Shown here piece by piece: positions 38,513-38,915 of a DNA stretch of 38,915 nt. The DNA comes from Octopus sinensis (taxonomy: Eukaryota). How positions within the stretch are numbered: position 1 is the stretch's first letter; each line of letters opens with the position of its first letter. Location: contig NW_021835720.1 in NCBI RefSeq assembly GCF_006345805.1, forward strand, positions 1 through 38,915, read 5' to 3'. Under the pieces are notes generated by a model. That model had not been told where the DNA came from. It searched no databases and was given only the letters and a program-made list of their open reading frames with translations. Position numbers and translations under genes: made by a program.

Positions 38513-38562
38513 CAAAAGATTCTGCAACCGTCTGGACTGCTTTCTCTCAGACTTTGGACACA
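38513..38562 (-). pseudogene. Microexon copy C (50 nt; 1-nt deletion relative to copies A and B)
   Basis: CTTATTTCAG| and |GTGAGT are intact, but the plus strand reads TTTCTCTCAG versus TTTCTCTTCAG in copy B. Could be a sequencing error. Confidence 0.6.
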
Positions 38563-38673
38563 CTGAAATAAGAATTGGAAATAAGAATGGAACCTTCTCA
38601 GACATTCACACAAATAATATATTTCAGGTGAAGGTAAAATTTATAGAAATTATTACAGTTATTTTATACTCAC

Positions 38674-38724
38674 CAAAAGATTCTGCAACCGTCTGGACTG
38701 CTTTCTCTTCAGACTTTGGACACA
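38674..38724 (-). CDS. Microexon copy B (51 nt, phase 1-1): (V)CPKSEEKAVQTVAESF
   Basis: CTTATTTCAG|TGTGTCCAAAG...TCTTTTG|GTGAGT. Confidence 0.75.
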
Positions 38725-38839
38725 CTGAAATAAGAATTGGAAATTAAGAATGGAACCTGTTCTCAGACATTCACACAAATAATATATTTCAGGTGAAGGT
38801 AAAATTTATAGAAATCAATTACAGTTATTTTATACTCAC

Positions 38840-38890
38840 CAACAGACTCTGCAACTGCCTGGGCTGCTTCTTCTTCAGACTTTGGACACA
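38840..38890 (-). CDS. Microexon copy A (51 nt, phase 1-1): (x)CPKSEEEAAQAVAESV
   Basis: CTTATTTCAG|TGTGTCCAAAG...TCTGTTG|GTGAGT. Confidence 0.75.
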
Positions 38891-38915
38891 CTGAAATAAG
38901 CATTTCAAAGTTTAT

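Overview
AT-rich eukaryotic genomic DNA, most consistent with an octopus (coleoid cephalopod). This is inferred from the KRAB-less tandem C2H2 arrays, the SINE families and the very dense microsatellites; no database search was run. There are no prokaryotic features. Left half: a cluster of three C2H2 zinc-finger loci. ZNF-A (+, ~1.2-1.8 kb) is frameshifted and SINE-interrupted, ZNF-B (+, 6797-8380) is intact with 17 fingers, and ZNF-C (-, 15249-13520) has ~20 finger units with several lesions. A and B are a segmental duplication that includes UTR and intron flanks. Right half: two spliced genes that the ORF track shows only in fragments. One is a small Ig-like/stalk/TM protein (+; exons 19338-19586 and 20824-20960). 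The other is a death-domain protein (-; exons 36926-36855 and 33329-33112) preceded by a tandem array of 51-nt phase-1 microexons that runs off the right edge. A tandem pair of pre-miRNA-like hairpins with a compensatory base change lies at 26340-26495. The rest is TE debris: CR1 and RTE LINE fragments, at least four SINE-like families, Tc1/mariner remnants, three clustered piggyBac-type MITEs, a Helitron helicase fragment, and many foldback/hairpin elements including an ~820-bp spacerless palindrome. All alignments, translations and identities were done by eye, so coordinates of degenerate repeats are approximate.
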